In this document: positions 61,409-64,000 of the stretch, in pieces
How positions within the stretch are numbered: the first letter of the stretch is position 1
Layout of the letters: each line of letters begins with the position of its first letter
Assembly (NCBI GenBank): GCA_951406725.2
Contig: OX597839.1
Coordinates: forward strand, 40,114,001-40,178,000
Source: Octopus vulgaris
Lineage: Eukaryota
Length of the DNA stretch: 64,000 nucleotides
Direction of reading: 5' to 3'
The notes under the pieces: model-generated
Told to the model about the DNA's origin: nothing
Seen by the model: the letters and a program-made list of their open reading frames with translations, nothing else
Database searches by the model: none
Translations under genes and position numbers: made by a program

Positions 61409-62313
61409 ATGTATGTATATATATTACTTACATTCATAGATACATTCATACAAATATACATACATACATACATGCATACATGCATAAATGTGTATTATGT
61501 ATGTATGTATGTATGTATTTATGTATGCATTTGTGTTTACATATCCGTGTGTCAAGAGATTTGCGGCAAAATCTCGATCTGCTGATGATAATGATGATGC
61601 TCATAACATTGATGAAGAGAGACAATGATCAAATATATATATGTGTGTGTATATATATATCTATGTATGTACGTATTTATGTATATACATAAGTATATAT
61701 GTATGCATGTATGCGTGTATACATAGCAAACGATCGGTATGAAGATATAATAACGAGTAACAAAGTAAAGGTTAGCCATTGTTGGTTAACAGTCGGCGTT
61801 ATTATCGGCGGCCATTGATATATGAATAGTTTGCCGGCATTCATCATAATCTACATAGATTGTCATGGAAGAATTTCTCTCATATGAATTAATCATTCCT
61901 CGCTGTGTTGTATCAGAGGTATCTCACGACAGTGTGATAAATGATCTGTTGAATGCGTCTTCTACACGTAAAGTTAGTTCAACTGCGCAGCTATGATTTG
62001 TAGCTCGTATTGTGATTGTAAGAATGGAAAGCAGGGTGGCTTGAGAGCGAAATAAAGCGAAAGTGTGAGCTTTTGTGAAAGTCCATAATGGCTATTCGTG
62101 TCGTTCCTGTTGTTGTTGTTGTTGTTGTTATTGTTGGTGTGGTGGTCATTGTCCTGTTGTCCAGCTGAGGTGACTAGTGTTACTGGAATATCTTCATGTG
62201 CACACACATGCAAACGCACACACATACACTCACACGTACATTCACACACATATTTATATGCATATATATCTATATCTATATCAATCTATCTATCTACCTA
62301 TCCACCTATACAT

Positions 62314-62392
<79 letters not shown>

Positions 62393-62777
62393 CATACATA
62401 TGTATAGATATACGTACGTTTATATATATATACATATATATTATTTTACATATATATATAGATATGCATGTGTGAATGTATGCACACATGTAATGCATGT
62501 ATGAATATTTGTACAGTTACTTCCATACGCATGCATACAAACGTACACACGCACACACACACACACACACACCCACACACATATATATGCATATGTAGAT
62601 ATCATCTCAAAATATATACGAATAATAACCACATGCACACAAATATACACACATATATATATGTATATATATATACATATGTTTCATGCATACATATACA
62701 CACGCATATGTATATATCCATGTATCACACCATATATCTATGCGTGTATGTGTGTGTGTGTGTGAGTGTGTGTGTGT

Positions 62778-62821
<44 letters not shown>

Positions 62822-63134
62822 TTGCTTGTTTGCTTGTTTGTTAATATATGCTTGCATTGAAAATTTACAGCGTTCGTTACTTCGAATTTCACGCTATATC
62901 TTGTCTCCACGGTTAATTTGTATTATCGCTTAAAAGCTGATATAAAGATATATAAGTCTGGTCAAACTGATGCTCATAAATACTAAGATTCTAACGTTTA
63001 TTGGTTAAATTTTAAACGTTTACCACCGTCAAGGGAAATAATAGAGATGAACTATAACTATAAATATAAAGGAAAAGAACTGAACTGTTAGACAAAGGTA
63101 AACATGGGGTGAAGGATGCAAATCACTATGTGCT

Positions 63135-63285
63135 TGGCTGTGTGGTTAAGAAGCTCAATTTGCAACCATGTGATTATGGAATCAGTTCCACTGCTCAGAA
63201 CCTTGGGCAAGTGTTTCCTGCTGTAGCTTCGGACCGGCCAGTACTTGTGAGTGAATTTAGACAGAAGCTATTTAAGCACATCGTA

Positions 63286-63370
<85 letters not shown>

Positions 63371-63675
63371 GCCTATCTATCTCTCTGTCTATGTGTCTGT
63401 GTGTCTGTCAGTCTGCCTCTGTCTGTCTGTCTCTCTCTCCCTCTCTCTGTATATTTACAAGTGTGTGTGTGCGCGCGTGTATGTGTGTGTATGTATTTCT
63501 TTGTTTGCGTTCACGTTTCCCCCTCCGCAGCACTTGACAACTGTCGCCTATTTGCTTGCGTCTCCGTAAGCTAGCGTTTCAGCAAAACAGAACAATTGAA
63601 TAAGCAGTTGAACCGACTAAACACTCCAAATCGATGCCCCAGCAGGGCCACGTTCTGATGACTGAAAGAAATAAA
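63135..63675 (+). mobile_element. Old diverged SINE family A with expanded internal (TATC)n
   Basis: tggctgtgtggttaagaagc, ccttgggcaagtg, cttgacaac, ccagcagggcc and gactgaaa landmarks occur in family-A order. Confidence 0.7.
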
Positions 63676-64000
63676 TGAAGGTAAAAGACGAAGGTGCTTA
63701 AATTCAATGTGATATTTTAAAGACAATAAATACAATAGCAAACATGGTCGTTTAACATTGTTGAATATTATCCATTAATTTTTTTAAAGTTCTTTACTCT
63801 GAATACTTTAGAGTCTGGCAACGATATATATTCCTCCATTAAGGATTTCATAGTGTTGGTAAACATACCGGGTAACATCGTTTTAAATATTCGGCTACAG
63901 ATTTAGATTTAAAGCTAATGGGCGTTAAGCTCCTTGATCACAAGATGAAGATAGGTTAAGTGGCTTGCAGGGAAATATATTTTACATTCACTACAAAGGG

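Overview
This is AT-rich, gene-poor animal DNA saturated with microsatellites: (TA)n, (CA)n, (TATC)n, (TATG)n, (TAA)n, (GAT)n. The repeat make-up resembles an octopod cephalopod genome, though that is inference only. I find no host protein-coding gene, and nearly all listed ORFs are translations of microsatellites. The non-microsatellite DNA is mostly mobile elements: four tRNA-headed SINE families (my labels A-D, two loci being SINE-B concatemers), three non-autonomous Helitron copies, two Tc1/mariner remnants, an RTE LINE 3' end and three R4/Dong-type retrotransposon fragments, one cleanly embedded in (TAA)n. The most interesting signal is about ten minimal type-I hammerhead ribozyme (HHR) motifs, folded by eye, from about six unrelated short non-coding repeat families lodged in or beside (TA)n tracts. 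One is a TSD-flanked inverted pair with a G3:C8 compensatory core (GUGAnCA), and another is a fully canonical GUC ribozyme with a long stem II. Several long fold-back palindromes accompany them. Together this looks like a dense Penelope-like pLTR / retrozyme-type system that targets microsatellites.
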